Source of the DNA: Phoronis australis
Taxonomy: Eukaryota; Animalia; Phoronida
Length of the DNA stretch: 62,584 nt
NCBI GenBank assembly: GCA_002633005.1
Contig: NMRA01001055.1
Coordinates: forward strand, 1-62,584
Direction: 5' to 3'
The position numbers were made by a program, and so were the translations under genes. Below are positions 62,081-62,584 of the stretch, in pieces. The number at the start of each line of letters is the position of its first letter. Position 1 is the first letter of the stretch. The notes under the pieces were generated by a model. That model did not search any database. It was not told the DNA's origin and worked only from the letters and a program-made list of their open reading frames with translations.

Positions 62081-62575
62081 GGCCTTTCATACTATCATCG
62101 ACACATCGACGTTTTTAGGAGTTAATGTCAGTATGAACGCTTAAACTTTGGTCCTGTAGGGAAGTTAACAGCACCAGTTAACTTCGCACTAAACACTAGG
62201 ATTTAATTGCTTAGCGTCAATGCTGCCACGCAGTATAAACGATCAACCTCAGTCCTATCGAAGTTATTGCCAGGGGCCACTGTTATCATTAACAATTGCA
62301 TAGTAGTGTGATGGCTAATAGTTGCTTATACCTTGCTATAATAATCACCAATCAATTCAAAAATAAGTTTGATGTCAATTAACACATGTAAATGTTCCCA
62401 AGTTGTCACATCTTAGCGTGCAGTGCTACCTTGCAATGCCTTCGATCACGACAGCGTCACCTATTGTTTACTTCGAAGTTCATTAACTACGGAAGCCAGA
62501 ATGAACGGTCCAGTTAACTTCGCAGTATACGCCGATGCTCCGCTCAGACAAAAGTTAAGTCAATGTGAAAGGGCC
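62081..62575. mobile_element. Harbinger-like MITE, TSD CAG
   Basis: cag|ggcctttca ... tgaaagggcc|cag; internal gaagttaac / gttaacttcgc repeats. Confidence 0.65.
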
Positions 62576-62584
62576 CAGGGGCGG

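Overview
Eukaryotic, AT-rich, repeat-dense genomic DNA, probably from an invertebrate animal (inference from composition, large GT-AG introns and the transposon families present), with two large N gaps (19887-20804, 27810-28215). Most track ORFs are spurious or transposon debris. Reading splice sites by hand gives one + strand gene over about 44.5 kb: 11 phase-compatible coding exons (10330-54851, 573 aa, start codon not found). It encodes an ankyrin-repeat array (cap, 5 repeats, cap; one exon each), a short unassigned linker, and a FAM111-like trypsin-fold serine protease with a His/Asp/Ser triad. The ankyrin exons are symmetric phase-0 modules and show a two-exon tandem duplication with one dead pseudo-exon. 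Introns and flanks hold nested transposons: a hAT (8-bp TSD) split by a Sola3-like element (TTAA TSD), a 5.6-kb TIR element (7-bp TSD) containing a Kolobok-like THAP/KolX remnant, six CA...TG elements with 5-bp TSDs, Harbinger-like MITEs (two near-identical copies bracket the protease exons), and Penelope, LINE, SINE and Academ-like remnants, plus tandem repeats. Family names come from motif recall, not database searches.
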